From NCBI RefSeq assembly GCF_000372725.1, contig NW_005201403.1, positions 263,246 to 327,245 on the forward strand: DNA of 64,000 nucleotides, read 5' to 3'. Each line of letters begins with the position of its first letter. Position 1 is the first letter of the stretch. A model generated the notes under the pieces. That model had not been told where the DNA came from. It made no database searches and saw only the letters and a list, made by a program, of their open reading frames with translations. The stretch comes from Emiliania huxleyi CCMP1516. Its lineage: Eukaryota. Of the stretch, positions 24,417-42,595 are shown one piece after another. Position numbers and translations under genes: made by a program.

Positions 24417-25097
24417 TCACCCAACCGGCGCCGCCGCCGCCATCGCACCCTCCACCCCGCTCAGCACCTTCACCCCGCCCTTTGGCCGCTCCTTCCTTGG
24501 GGCGCACGCCCCCGCCGCACCGCCCCCGCCGCCCACCGAGCCGCCAACAGAGGCGCCAAACCTCTTCGCGCGCTTCTCGCGCGCAGCCCGCTCCTCCTCC
24601 GTCAGCGACGCGCCGGCGCTCTCCTGCGCAGGCTGCCCCCGCTTGCCCTTTTGCGCCGCGGCCGGCTTTGCAGCCGGCGTGATCCCGAACCGCTTCGCAC
24701 GCTCGGCGACCCGCCTCGCCTCCGCATCCTCCTCTTCCCTCAGCGCCTCGGCCTTCGCCTTGAGCTCGTCAGGAAGCGGCATGCCCTGCGGCTGGGGAAG
24801 GAGGGTACGGGCTTCGCGTGGCAAAAGTAAGAGACGGTGCGCGCGCACCTTGCGCGTGTAGAAGGCAATGAGCGCCTCGTCCTTGTTGACGGCCTTGACT
24901 TTGCCGGGCGTCGGCTTGCGCGGCTGAAAGTTGGGGTTGTCCGGCGTCACACGCTTGAGCTCATCGACTGTTCCATCGAGCCGCCGCACCTTTGCCACAA
25001 CGTCGCTGCTCGACGATACCTCAGCCGGCGCCGACTCGAACACAGACTTTGGGATTCTCACGATGCCGTCTTTCGCCGCCACCTCGAGCTTGCTCAT
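24417..25097 (-). CDS. Small protein with two Tho1/MOS11-C-like RAKRFG motifs
   Basis: AERAKRFG and EKRAKRFG; probable in-frame intron at ~24788-24848. The 3' end is uncertain. Confidence 0.55.
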   Translation of the reverse strand: MSKLEVAAKDGIVRIPKSVFESAPAEVSSSSDVVAKVRRLDGTVDELKRVTPDNPNFQPRKPTPGKVKAVNKDEALIAFYTRKVRAHRLLLLPREARTLLPQPQGMPLPDELKAKAEALREEEDAEARRVAERAKRFGITPAAKPAAAQKGKRGQPAQESAGASLTEEERAAREKRAKRFGASVGGSVGGGGGAAGACAPRKERPKGGVKVLSGVEGAMAAAAPVG

Positions 25098-25646
25098 AAA
25101 GATAAGTAAACGCGGGGCAGCTGGCAGACAGCAGCTTGCGGAGAGAGAGTCGGGGAGCGTGAGCGCTGCCGCGCCGGCCGGGGGATTTCTTTTTTGGCCC
25201 TTTCTTCTTCTTTCTCTTCCTCTCCTCCACTCTCCTCTCTCTCCTCTCTCTCCACTCCCCCCACCCCTCTCTCCCTCCCTCCCTCCCCTAACATCCTCCT
25301 CCTCCTCCTCCTCCCCCCAAGCAAGTGGCAAGTCTTAGCAGCCAGCCCTCCCTTGCGGCGGCTGGGTGCTCGTCGAGACGGAGGCCTTTTTGGTGCTCCC
25401 ACCTACATCCCGAGGGCCTGCGACCCGCCGCACGGATCCATAGTCCATAGAGGTTAAAGCGAAAAGCCCGCGCGGATGGCGACGCGGAAAAAAACAAAAC
25501 GGTGTGTGTGGGGGGGGGGGGGGTCCACTGCAATGTGACAACATGCGATGCTCAAAGACGTGCACACATGAGTGCCGCCGGAGCCGTCTTCAGTGTGGAA
25601 CTCGCTGTGAGCTGGGAGATGCTCTCCCGTCACGCGTCCGCGCGCT

Positions 25647-25935
25647 TCAGGCGAGCATCGTCCGGCAGACCCGCTCGACGGTCGCGGCGAGCTCGGCGTC
25701 CTGCTGGTTGGACCGGCGGCCAGCCTGCTTGAGGGGCTGCACGAGCGCCATGGTCCACTCGAGCGCAATCGGCACAAAGCACGCCTTGACCTCGCTGTTC
25801 TTGAAGGAGGCGAGGCCGGCGGCAAGTGCCTCCGTCTCGTGGCCTGAGAGGCGGGTGAAGTCCATGAAGGCGGCCCAGCCGGCAAGGAAGGTGCGCGTGG
25901 CGACGAAGCGCGCGTACGTGATGTGGTACTCATTG
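25647..25935 (-). CDS. Hypothetical coding fragment
   Basis: Coding-like frame ...YHITYARFVATRTFLAGWAAFMDFTRLSG...RTMLA*; no clear start. Confidence 0.3.
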
Positions 25936-27043
25936 TGATGGTATTACTTTTCTTTGACCCGTTCTGTGCATTCGCTTGTCAACAGACAACCCAAAGCAGA
26001 GGCGGGCGAGCGGCTTCGAGAAGGGCCCACGTGCCACGCTTCGCACGCCGCGCGCCCATTGGCGTGCCACGCTTCGCATGCCGCGCGCCCATTGGCGCCC
26101 ACCCGTGCTCTCAAGGGCCCGGATATTGCGACGGGGAGAAAGGTTCGTTTGCGTGGAGCGGACGCGGCACCAACGGTGACGCAGGTGGCTGTGTTGGACC
26201 TCGATGTCTCCGAAACGCCTCTGTGCTGCGCAATCCCCGGGCCCGCTGAAGAGAGCTTGTCCAATGGCGGCATATCAAGCGAGGGATGCTCGCCGGCACC
26301 CGGGTTGGCTCACGAGTCGCGAGTCAGCTCAGTCTCGAGTGAGTGGCTCGACCTCGAGCGGCAACCGCCTTGGGTGCGTCACGCGACCGCGCCTGGCATG
26401 GTCTCTACGAATCCTTGTGAGATTTAGATGCAGCGTAGTGTTGCCGCTCCCCGGTGGTCGCTGACGGCGCAGGGCACAGGGGGCGGGTGTGTGTCGGGGG
26501 ACATCAGAGATCAGACCCGGGTCAGCGGGCTGAGTCGCCTAACGAAGCAAGCGCAGCTCAGCGCGGGATAGCTCGCAATACTCAAGCTGATGTGCCGTGC
26601 TGTGTGTATAAAGATCGTGCCGTGATCCATTTCGGCGCTGCTCCTCTTGTGTAATCACTCCGCTTTCCTTGGCGTGGGTGGGACATGAGCAAAAGCGCCA
26701 AAACCATGGGCTCCATGCAAAACGCAAAAGCGCCAAAACACCGGTCCACCCCGCCGCGCAGATCGCAGGAGAGGATGGAGCGCCGCGCTCCAAGCGTGTC
26801 GCAAACAAGCCGGCGCGGACAGTGGCGCTCTTCAAGCTTCGGATACAAATCGACACGAGAGAGTCATCTCCGCAGACTGCTCGGAGCAGCTCTTCGTGGC
26901 GCAATGGGGCGCCGTACTCAGTCTCTGGGGTGGCGCGAGTCCGAGAAGCCACTTCGCGCGCACTCTCTCCGTCCCGTCTCAGAGTCCGGTGCACATTTGG
27001 AGGCAGCACGAGGCGCGCTGCCCTCGGGCGTGTCTCGTGCGGC

Positions 27044-27973
27044 TCAAGACAGCTTCGCCAGGTCCTGAGTGAGGTTCTTGACAACATTCGCAAGGACCGA
27101 ACGAACGGGAGCGAGACGATCGTCCAAGCGCAACTTGCGCGCCGCGGTGATGCTCCTCGTTGCGCGCACCACCGTCGTCTCCACCTTCTTCTTGTGATTG
27201 GTGCACACCGTGTTGATCAGGTTTGTGACGCTCGCCTTCTTTTCTTCGATCACGCGCAGATGCCCCTCGAACTCCTTGAGCGTGTGCGCCGCCTGGTTTC
27301 GATATTCGCGGATGCTCTTCTCCTCCAGCTCGTTGGCCCTCTCGATCTCCTTTTGGCACTGCTTGAGCACGCTCCTCACACGGCTCGCCTTCGCAGCAAA
27401 CTCATCTGTGGGCAGGTGGCTCATGCACGGGTGAGTGGCGCGTGGCGCGCGTGGGGCCGCGGGCGCGGCGATCACCCTTCAACTCGCGGATATCTGCATC
27501 CGCCTCGTCGTACTTGGCCGCGCGGATCGCTTCAAACTCGGCGTCGGCCTTGCGCCGCGCCTTCTCCCCCTCCTTCTTCTGCTGCGACTCGAGCTTGCGC
27601 ATGAGGACCTGGAACGCGGCGTCGACCCCGCCGTCTGCGCACGCCGCGGGCGAGGGCGCGCGTCAGGAATGGAGTGGCGCTGTGCCTTGGGAGGTGAGGG
27701 GCGGCGGGGCGGCAGGGCGCCGGTGTCACCGCTCGCGACCGAGTCCTGCGAGGCCGAGTCCTCCTCGTCGCTCGACGCACTCGCGGCCACCGCCACACGC
27801 CGCTGTGGCCGACGCACGCCGCTCGTCTTGGCGGACTTGGCGATTGCGCTCTTGCCGGGAGCGCTCTTGCGGGCCGGCGCGGGCTTCTTGCGGGCCGCGG
27901 GAGGCTCCCACCCGTCGTTCTCGCTCTCGCTCGCGTCGCTGAAGACGAGGAGCTGGTCGGTGGTGGCGGGCAT
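27044..27973 (-). CDS. Hypothetical coiled-coil protein (3 exons)
   Basis: Disordered K/S/D-rich N-terminus followed by helical exons (27402..27602 and 27044..27475 frames). Confidence 0.65.
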
Positions 27974-28157
27974 GATCGTTGGTCGAGGCGCCTGCGCCAG
28001 CCGCCGGGAGGGCAACGAGACAGCGGCGGTGAGATCGCGGTCAAAAGGCCGGGGTGCGATGTTGATATTCGGTGAGGGTCAGTCGACGAGGGCGTGTACC
28101 AAGAGCTCATGAGCTCTCGGAGAAGCTCACCGTGGGTGGTCGCACTAGCCGCTGTGC

Positions 28158-28626
28158 GGCAGCGGTAAATGTTTCTTTTTCTTATCTTTCCACAACTCGG
28201 AAAGGGCTTAGGGCGCGGGGAGAGGGGTGCGGTGCGGGGTGCGTGTGTGTGTGCGGCGTCATGTGTGTGTTCCCTTCTTGTTTCATATGATTTTTTTTCG
28301 GCGAGTAGAGGCGGCAGAATCTGCGAGGCGCGGCCGCTTATGATAACCTTATGCGGCCCGATGGGGAGGAGTGGGGCGGACTACGGGGATCGGCTTCTTA
28401 CACCGCCCTTCCTTGCAGCGAGCCCCCTCCAACCCACCCGCGCTAGGTCTCGGGGGACGCAGGGGTCACACCCGACGACCTCGGGAACTAGCCGGGGCAG
28501 TCGGAGAAGGGGCAACTCCGTGCACTGACGGTCGGCCAACACGCCTGCGTGGATCGCGTCACACCAATCCTCGCTACCCAACGCGGCCAAAGGATATCCA
28601 CCTCGAGAACCTCGGTTGCTCTGGGG
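28158..28626 (-). mobile_element. ~470-bp insertion carrying repeat family C, flanked by a 20-bp direct repeat
   Basis: GGTCGCACTAGCCGCTGTGC lies at 28138-28157 and 28627-28646. Confidence 0.75.
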
Positions 28627-29251
28627 GGTCGCACTAGCCGCTGTGCTGAAAAATAATTTCTGCAGGATATCCGTCTTATTTTTCTTCCGGGATGAGCGGC
28701 GCCCTCCGCCCAATCCTGCGCCTCGCCGCTGTGGGGGTGAAAAAAAAATTGCGTCCATGCAGCGGGGAGCATGGCGTCCTCCAACGAAGCCGGGCGGGAG
28801 CCGGAGAGAAGAGAGAGAGAGTCAGAGCATTTGTGCGGGGTGACGCGGGCGCCCTCGAGCGGGCGCCTCCGGCGCGGGGGAGGGCACAACAGCGAGAGCA
28901 GCTAGAGGAGCGGAAGAAGGACCGCGTAGAACGAGGACGAGAGTACATGCCCAAGCGTTCTATGAGGTTCCCCCGTCGGCTTTCCTGTCTGTGGCCTGTA
29001 CAGTCTATCGCCTACACAAGTACCAAAAAGGCGCAGGAGGCCGCGATGCGGAACCCCTCCACCGCCCTCGTTAGAAAAGGCGCGTGGACCGGACAGCTGT
29101 ACGCGGCCTCAAATGCTCAAAACCGCCGACTTTGGGGCGGGGGTTTCCCCTCGCTCGGACTTCCCTCAGACCAAATGAGGGGTCCTCCAGCTCGATGTAG
29201 GATCCTACGTCGCGCGCCAGCTTTGTAGAGCAAGTCGTTCTGTCCGGAGAG

Positions 29252-31432
29252 AGAGATTTTTAGCAATACCAAACAACTCTAACACTCACACATCATTTGG
29301 GGCCTGGAGCCCTGTTCACGCGCGCGCGAGACGTGCAGACAGGGTTGCCAGGTGAGAGCGAATGGCGCGGTTCACGCCTCGCACAACAGAGAGAGAGATG
29401 CGCTCTGCATGGTGGGACATAAAAGAGAGCGAGTACTTGGGCGAGTAGGCCGTGCGGTCGACGCTGCCGCGCGCGACTTTGCGCGCGAGGCGGCGCAGCT
29501 TGAAAACGGCGGTGGGCGAGAAGCCGCCGCCGAACGTCTCGTGGAGCAGCAGGTTGAAGTTGTTGCGCTTGACAAAGATCGCGTCGTGGTAGAAATCGCG
29601 ATGCGCCTTGACGTAGCCGTGGCCGGTCTTGTGGGAGAAGGGTTGGCCGGGCTGCCCGCGCGCCTTGTTTAGGCGGCGGGCCTTCTCTTCAGTGTTGCCG
29701 AAGGCGTAGGAGTGGCCAACGGAGGGGGGCGTGCCGCCACTCGAGGCGTTGCCAACGCCCGTCGAGGAGGTCTTGAGGAGGGGCGTCCAGAGCTTGACTT
29801 CATTCACCTCATCGCATCCTCCCGGGCCAGCGTGGGGTTCTGCGAGGTCGACCTTGTACCCCTCGTTGTACTGCCGGGTGAGCTCTGGTTTCTCCTTGTC
29901 ACCGTGCACGACCGGCGCGTTGGCCGGGGCGCGCATCGCGTCCGCCCAGGCGGCGAGGACGCCGTCGTGGGGCCGCCGGTGGTGGGCCTTATTGTAAAGG
30001 TAGTCGCCGAAGAAATCGACTGGCATGCCCCGCTCGAGAGCGCGACCCGAAGGGTGGGAAGTGCCGCGGAGAGCCAAAGGCCAAGCTTCCGCTGGAGCTC
30101 GTCCTGGAGGGTGTCGGAGGAGAGGGCGGTGGCGTACGTACCGTCGACACGGACATCGAAGGCCTTGCCGGCGAAAGGCGTTGAGGCGGAGATGAGGCGC
30201 ATGGCTTCGCGGTTGCTGACGGCGCTGTCTCCGAGGGACGGGTTGTTCTTGACGTGCACATCCCGCGCCTTGACGAGCTCCTGGTGCGCGAACCAGTCCT
30301 TGTGATTCTTGATGGCAGCGAGCGCCCGCGGCCGCGGGTACGTGGATTTGTAAGTGCCATTGAGAATCGCGTCGGTAGCTGGAGGGACTCGGGCTCGGGG
30401 AGCGGGACGCTCTTGGGGTAGAACTCAGTCAGGTAGCCGCCGCGGACGGTGTGGTACTTGTTTTTGTCGCGGGCGGCGCGCTTCTCGCACACCTCCTTCC
30501 AGTCCGAGAGGGCGGACTCATAGGTGGCGATAGCTGCGGCGATGGCGGGTGGACGACGAGGGTGCGCCAGTTCTTGAGGGGCGACATGGAGAAGTCGCTG
30601 TCGGCTCGCGAGAAGGCGGTGTCGATGTTGCACCCGCCCATCTCGGTCGGCAGCTGCGCCTGGAGCCACGCGAGGTCGCGGAGCGCCTGGGGCGAGGCGT
30701 CGGCGCGAGCAATGCCCTCAAAGGACTTGCGGATGCGGTTGTGCGCAAACTTGAGAGCCTCGCACGCGAGATTGGGCGGCGTGATGCCGGCAATGTACCT
30801 GGTCTTTGCGCAGGCAATCCGTTGGACGAGGTTGAGGCGGAGTTGCGAGGTGTTCGTGACGCAGTCAGTGTCGACGATCGTGTCGATGACGTCGAGCGGC
30901 GCGAGCTTAGTTCTTCCTGAGGTGCGCGGTGAGCTCCTTTTTGCAGGCTTCAGGGTCGCCAAAGAAGGTGCCGACGGCCTTGAAGCAGTCCACTCGCCCC
31001 GTGGGTTTGCCCTCCTTGTCGCGGTGCGCGGGCGAGCCCCGGAGCCAGCCGCCGGCGCGCACGAGAGGTCGCCCTCGGGCGAGTAGATGAGCGACTTGCT
31101 GACGCCGTCGAAGACGCTCGCTCCCTTCATCTGCGCCTTGAGGAGGCCCTTTGGTCCGGAGTAGGCGGCGACGGCGCCGCGCGAGGGCTCGTCGTTCTGG
31201 CAGATGTCGAAACCGATGAGGCGCGTGGTCGGGTTGTCCTGGGGGTGGGGGTGAGGGTGAGGGTGAGGGGTGGGGGGTGGGGGTGGAGGGCAGGTGGGGG
31301 GAGGGTTTGAAGGAATATGTGAGGAGAGTCGGGGTATTGTGTATTGAGGGTGGTCGGCAGAGAAGGAGGCGCTCAACAGTTTCATTGAGCGCATTACCAT
31401 CTCCTTTAAAGCTCTGGTAGCCCACCCCGCTA
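29252..31432 (-). mobile_element. Degenerate CRE-like (restriction-like endonuclease) non-LTR retrotransposon, family B
   Basis: Frameshifted ORFs with RT thumb QAQLPTEMGG, RHD-like RRPHDGVL and RLE tail LHETFGGG...RISLSVVRG. (CT)n 3' tail; CCGGAGAG at 29244-29251 and 31433-31440. Confidence 0.8.
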
Positions 31433-31818
31433 CCGGAGAGTGATAGCAATAGGGTCTTGTCTCAAGAGGAGAGAGCCAGGATCTCTTCAAAAGGAGCTAA
31501 ACAGAGCCCCCCCAGGACGCAGTGGCAGATCTCGTGGAGGAAGCAGACGCTGAGGATGGTGGACAGCGCACGTCCCTGCGAAACGGCCCTCGCGCTATCT
31601 CGCACATATCCGATATGTCCTCACTTATTTATTTATTTTTTGGCCGATGCCACACGCCCCCCCGCAGCTCCCGCTTCGTGTGGGAATACAAAAGCCAAAC
31701 TCGTGCTCGGAGGACACCGACGAGCTCTCGATCCGTCGCAGTGAGCACGTCTACTCGCCCCACACGGTGAGCGCGGCTACCGTTTGCGCGCACCTGGTGA
31801 GGGTGAGGGGAACCTCAA

Positions 31819-32064
31819 CATGCACCTCGCCGCAGCACTGCTCGCCGTTATGGCCAGCTCCGCAGCTACACTCAAGCGCGCACTGCTCATCGCCGACCTG
31901 CACGCGGACCCATCGCCGGCTTGTACCGCGGTGCGCGCCGCTCGCGAGCCCGCCAGAGCATGGCCTACTGGGCTCTCGAGGCATTGGACGGCTCCAAAAC
32001 GGCACTCTCTTCCCTCGACAGAGTCGAGGGCACGGACCCTCCCGCCTACAAGATCGGTCGCCAC
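31819..32064 (+). pseudogene. Possible N-terminal fragment of a secreted metallophosphoesterase
   Basis: Signal-like MHLAAALLAVMASSAA followed by LLIADLHADP (DxH motif); no downstream motifs. Confidence 0.35.
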
Positions 32065-32276
32065 CTACCTACCTATTGCGGGGCCCTCTGGGGCGGTCAA
32101 AACCGGACCTACCTACCTATTGCATAGGGTCTAACCGTGGACACAGACCCCCTATCTGGGTAGGAGCCGGAACCCTGTTGCTAGCAGCGCGCTGCAAACC
32201 GCGCGGTCCCAAGACCGCACAACAGACAGTCGAGAAAGGACAGGCGACGACAGTCGTGCTCACGGGCGAGCATCTG

Positions 32277-33593
32277 ATGGTCGCTCGCGAGAGCAACCCC
32301 GCCTACGTGACGGGCAGCCTGCGCGCCATGCGCGCGCGGCGAGAGGCGCTTCGTGAGCTCGTCACGAGGCGCGCGCGTCTGCCCTCTGTCGTCAAAAAGC
32401 AAGAGGAGGCGTTCCGCAGGAGGATACGGAAGCAGATGACGGGCGACCAGGACCGGAAGATCCGCGACCACATCCGGGCGCGGATGGATGAGCCGCCGAT
32501 CGTCCGGCTGCGCGACAAGGTTTCGTTCATGCTCGGCGTCGTCGGAGTCGCGGCGATCGAGTTTGCCATCCTGGTCCGGCCGCGGAGCTTTGCGTGGTGG
32601 TACGTCGGCTTCATCCTGCCGCTGCTGGGGCTGCGGCTGTGGATCTACTCCCGCCTGCGCTGGCACTACTTTCTCATCGACTTCTGCTACATGGCCAACG
32701 TCTCCTGCCTTGTGCAGGTTCTCGCCTACCCGCAGCTGCAGCCGCTCGTCGTTGCCAACTTCGCGCACGCCTCGGGACCGCTCGCCCTCGCCATCATCAC
32801 GTGGCGCAACTCGCTCGTCTTCCACTCCCTCGACAAGATCACGTCGGTCTTCATCCACGCGCTGCCCGCCCTGCTGCTCTTCTGCACGCGCTGGTACCCG
32901 CCCGCCGGGCTCGAGCTGCCGGACTCCATCTCCGCGTGGACGACGATGCGGCTCGGCGTCCTCTCGTATGGCGCCTGGCAGCTCTTCTACGTCCTGGTCA
33001 CGGAGGCGCTCTTCGCACGCGCACTGCACGATGACCCTGCACTGATGACGTCGATACGCTGGCTCACCAGCCCCGGCTCCAACGGCGACTACAGCGGCCT
33101 CACCCGCGTGACGCACGACGTGCTCCGCTCCGTCGGCGTGATGCGGCCGGGCGAGATGTTCGACGCGGACCGCTGGAAGACCAAGCTCATCTTCATCGCG
33201 GTGCAGCTGCTCTACACGTGCGTCGCGCTGCTGCCGGTCCCGCTCCTCTGGTCGCACTACTGGCTGCACCTCGCCTACCTCCTCGGCATCTACCTCGCCT
33301 GCGTCTGGAACGGCTCCTCGTACTACATCGAGGTCTTCTCTAAGGCGTACCGCAAGCAGTTCGAGGGCGACGCCGCCGCGAGGCGTGCCGCCGCCTTGCA
33401 GATGCTCGAGGCGCCTCCGCCTCGGCCGAGCTTGCGCAAGGAGCTGAGCAAGGAGCTGGGCAAGGAGCTGGGCAAGGGCGGCGGCGGCGGCGGCGGCGGG
33501 GGTGGGGGCGGGGGCGGGGGCGGGGGAGGAGAGGGAGGAGAGGGGAGTCGAGGCGGAGGCGGCAGTGCAGCGGCAGACAAGAAGGAGGACTAG
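32277..33593 (+). CDS. GPC1: Glycerophosphocholine acyltransferase (Gpc1/DUF2838 family)
   Basis: DKVSF, HYFLIDFCY, AIITWRNSLVFHSLDKITSVFIH and WNGSSYYIEVF. The start codon is approximate. Confidence 0.9.
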   Translation: MVARESNPAYVTGSLRAMRARREALRELVTRRARLPSVVKKQEEAFRRRIRKQMTGDQDRKIRDHIRARMDEPPIVRLRDKVSFMLGVVGVAAIEFAILVRPRSFAWWYVGFILPLLGLRLWIYSRLRWHYFLIDFCYMANVSCLVQVLAYPQLQPLVVANFAHASGPLALAIITWRNSLVFHSLDKITSVFIHALPALLLFCTRWYPPAGLELPDSISAWTTMRLGVLSYGAWQLFYVLVTEALFARALHDDPALMTSIRWLTSPGSNGDYSGLTRVTHDVLRSVGVMRPGEMFDADRWKTKLIFIAVQLLYTCVALLPVPLLWSHYWLHLAYLLGIYLACVWNGSSYYIEVFSKAYRKQFEGDAAARRAAALQMLEAPPPRPSLRKELSKELGKELGKGGGGGGGGGGGGGGGGGGEGGEGSRGGGGSAAADKKED

Positions 33594-34544
33594 GCTTGTG
33601 GGGCCCTCGCGGCTGGCATGGAGTGTGCCTCGTCGGAAGGAGGGGCTGTCGTCTGTCTTGACCGTCTGTGGGCGTGAGGGTGGGGGGTGAAGAGTGGTCT
33701 GCAACGTGTGGCGCGGTGGCATGCTTCGTCCGAGCGGCGCTGCCAAGGCGCGGGCCGACTCTTCCCGGGACTTGTGTTGTGAATATTGTGCTCTGCTGGC
33801 CCGGGGCAGGTGCGCGCAGGCTGGATGTGTGCCACAGTGCACTTGTGTCGAGGAGAGGCGCAGACGTTCTCTGTTTTGTTTCTTTCTCTTTACGGGCGCG
33901 CACTGGCACTAACACACAGGTACACCAAAAAAGATCTTTGATACGGTATTTGAAAAGCCGTACGTCTCTCTCCCTGACCCTGTGAGACTGAGAGCTGACA
34001 CGTGACACTGACAGCTCCTGACCTCCTGTTTGACCCGGGTGCCTGTGTGCTGTGGTGGCGGCGTGCCGTTTAGGGTGCTTTCTGTCCTGATATCCGATGA
34101 GGGATCATCCGATTAAAAACAAAGGCCCTCTCAATACGAAGAGAAAAAAGAGAAAGGTTGGGCGGGCTCTCGTTCGTGCTGCGCCCAGCGGTCTCACCTG
34201 CTCTGCCTCTGCCAGCTCTGGCAGCCCGCTGCCTGCACGTCTCGCCAGGGCGAAGGAGGGTGCACCGACGATGCGGGCTTGCCAGGTCGTCCCTGCCAGA
34301 GGAAGGTGTGTGCGCGCGCCAGCAGCGCGCTGCCGGGGGGGGGCGCGAGGCGCGTGTCGCGTGTCGGCGTGTGCCCCGCTCGTTCACACGTGTCACACAC
34401 GGTGTGTGCAATCTCTTGTGTATATTTTGCATATGTTCAACGGCACGCTCAAACACTCCACTTTCATATGCGTGTGCGGTAGCTGGCACGCTGTCGGTAC
34501 CGCTGTCGAGAAGGCACCCCAAACCACCGACTCTGACCAACAGA

Positions 34545-35256
34545 TCACTGCAAAGCTGCTTGGCTAAAGTCGTCGCGGCTGACGACCCCATCCTCGTCGA
34601 GGTCAGCCTCGCGAACGATGTCGGTAGCGAGCAAAGCCGAGACCTGTCCCAAGGCCCAGACGCTATCGTGTGTGCTATGGTGTGCAGCGGGGGTGCGCTG
34701 CGGCGGCACCGGCTGGCTGAGAGCCTCCATAGCAGCCTGCACGGACGTAGCCGTGACGACTCCTTGCTGCGAAAACAGGTCATAGATAGCCGCGATCTCC
34801 TCCTCGCTAGAAGTGCCCGGTGTCGGCTGTGTGAGAATGGTGTGCACAAACTCCTCAAATCGCAGCTTGCCTGAACATTCGGCGGGAGTCAGGAGCAGCT
34901 GCAGGGTCGTGGGTCTGCGACTAGCGGCAGCGCACGGAGCGTGGGTGCAATCGCCGTCACGAGGTCAGCCACCTGCAACGCAGCAGCTGAGGTCAGAGGC
35001 AATCGGGTAAAGGCTTGTGCGGGGCAGCGAATCCGCCTCCTCCGGGGGAAGCTCGAGGCCAAAGAGCTGGAGCGCAGTCCCAACCCCGTCAATGCCAATC
35101 AGGCCTCCCACCTACAGGAGCGGGTGGAGCCTGATTGCCTAGATGCGTGGCGGCAGAGGCACGGCCAGCGCGCGCGGTCGCCTGGTCGCCGAGAGCGTCG
35201 AAGATCTCTCGCAGGCGAGCGTTCTGGTCGGGCTGCAGGCTGCTGGAGCCGGGCAT
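34545..35256 (-). CDS. Divergent calmodulin/centrin-like EF-hand protein (spliced)
   Basis: LREIFDAL, EEEIAAIYDLF and the EF loop EADLDEDGVVSRDDF. Confidence 0.6.
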
Positions 35257-35424
35257 AATGTGTGTGTTCCCACGGCCCATCCGTTCACCGGTGTCGGTTT
35301 CAGATCGGCACATTTCTTTTTTGATTGATTGCGGCTCGAAAATACCCGAAGCTGCACTGCTGAATTGTTGGGCTACATGTACATGTAGGGGCGCTGGCTT
35401 TCTTCTTTTGGGGCAGCGTTGAAG

Positions 35425-41040
<5,616 letters not shown>

Positions 41041-42595
41041 GGAGCGCGCCGGCGGGAAGCTGTTTTATTGTAGTGTACAGGGTTGGCCATCTCCACTCCA
41101 AACTGAGTTACTCCAGCCCACTACTTCAGGGGTGTAAGTAAATCTGTTCTTCGTTTAGAGGGAGGCGCGGGCGCGCGGGCGCGGGGCGCGGCTCCGATCC
41201 AGCTCGCGGCTGCACTGTCGGTGCGCGGAGTGCGGTGCGGCTGTGACCTGACACCTGTGTCCCCTCTCGCGGGTGCGTGTGTGAAACGAGCTGAAACTGT
41301 GAGCAAGACCAATAGCGAGCTGTCACAACGTACAGAGCCGTAGTGCGGCTGGCTCTACATGCCCCCCCCCCCCCGCGTTGATGTGTATGCAGTTTTCACG
41401 CCAGCCCTCTTTGATCCACTCTGTACCCCCCTCACCTTACCTTATCTGACTTCTGAGGGCGAGGGTGTGTGCTCGAGACTGTGTCCCCTTCGCCGTGCTC
41501 CGACCCTGCCGATGCTTCGACGATCGTTTCGGCCATCGAATGGCCACTCAGCGCTGCGGCGGTGTCCGCAGGCGGGGGCAGCAGCGACTCATCAAAACCG
41601 ACTATGGAGGTGGACCCGTCGCCAGACGACGCAGGGCAGACGACGGGGGGGAGATTTTGGCTTTTGCCAGGTTGCGAGAGTTGGAGCAGACGCGCAGGCC
41701 GTGCCGCAGGGCGAGACGAGGGAAGGAGCAGGACTTGGTTGCGGAGATCAGCAGGAGCAGGACGTACGAAGAGATTAGGAGCAGCAGGGACCCGAGGGAC
41801 CATGTGGAAGACCGCTAGAGTAGTGCTAGTCCCCTCCATCCACCATCGCGTGAGGACGTGACAGTCTGACTGGGACACGACCCCGGCAGGTCGCCGACCA
41901 CACTCCAGTCTCCACACCTCCACTCTCTCTAAAGAACCCTGCCACAAAAACCTAAATCGGACCGCTGACCGCACGGGCGCCGGCGCGGCCGGGGACCTGT
42001 TCCTTTTAGAGGGAGCGGACCGTGAGTTGAGGAAATCGGAGGACGCGACCCACTTCGCCACAGACGGTCCCGCGCCTCGCCGCTATGACGGGCACACGCC
42101 CCGCACCGTCCGCTGTGTGCCCGTCTTTGTCCGGAGTGAAAAGTCCAACGCGCTCGTCGGTGACGGTGTCCTCCAACGTGCGCCGCGCTCGGCGAACCTC
42201 GACAGCGCCTTCGATGGCATGCAGCTCTTTGCGTCAGAAGCGTGNNNNNNNNNNNNNNNNNNNNNNNNNNNNNNNNNNNNNNNNNNNNNNNNNNNNNNNN
42301 NNNNNNNNNNNNNNNNNNNNNNNNNNNNNNNNNNNNNNNNNNNNCTAGTCCTGAGGCCCCCAAATGCCCCATCTCTCCTTCCTACGTGGCTAGTAGAGGT
42401 GTCCGTTTTATTTATTTATATAAAATTTATATTTCGCTCGCTCAATGGACACCAATGCCGCGCCCCGCGGCAACTCATGGTAGAGTTGGACACACATGAG
42501 TCATGTCAAAATTTAAGAGGATGGTACCCTGCGCCAGTGCGGTACTCCGCCTGCGCACACTCCTCGGTTTGTGCATGCACATCATGTGTGAGCGC

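Noticed and set aside
31647..32276. N-terminal extension of the 648-aa GPC1 ORF
   Set aside because: Non-conserved read-through across unrelated sequence; the recognisable protein starts near 32277.
41430..42244. Short ORFs between the kinesin and the next gene
   Set aside because: No recognisable domain or consistent frame, and the region is cut off by a gap.
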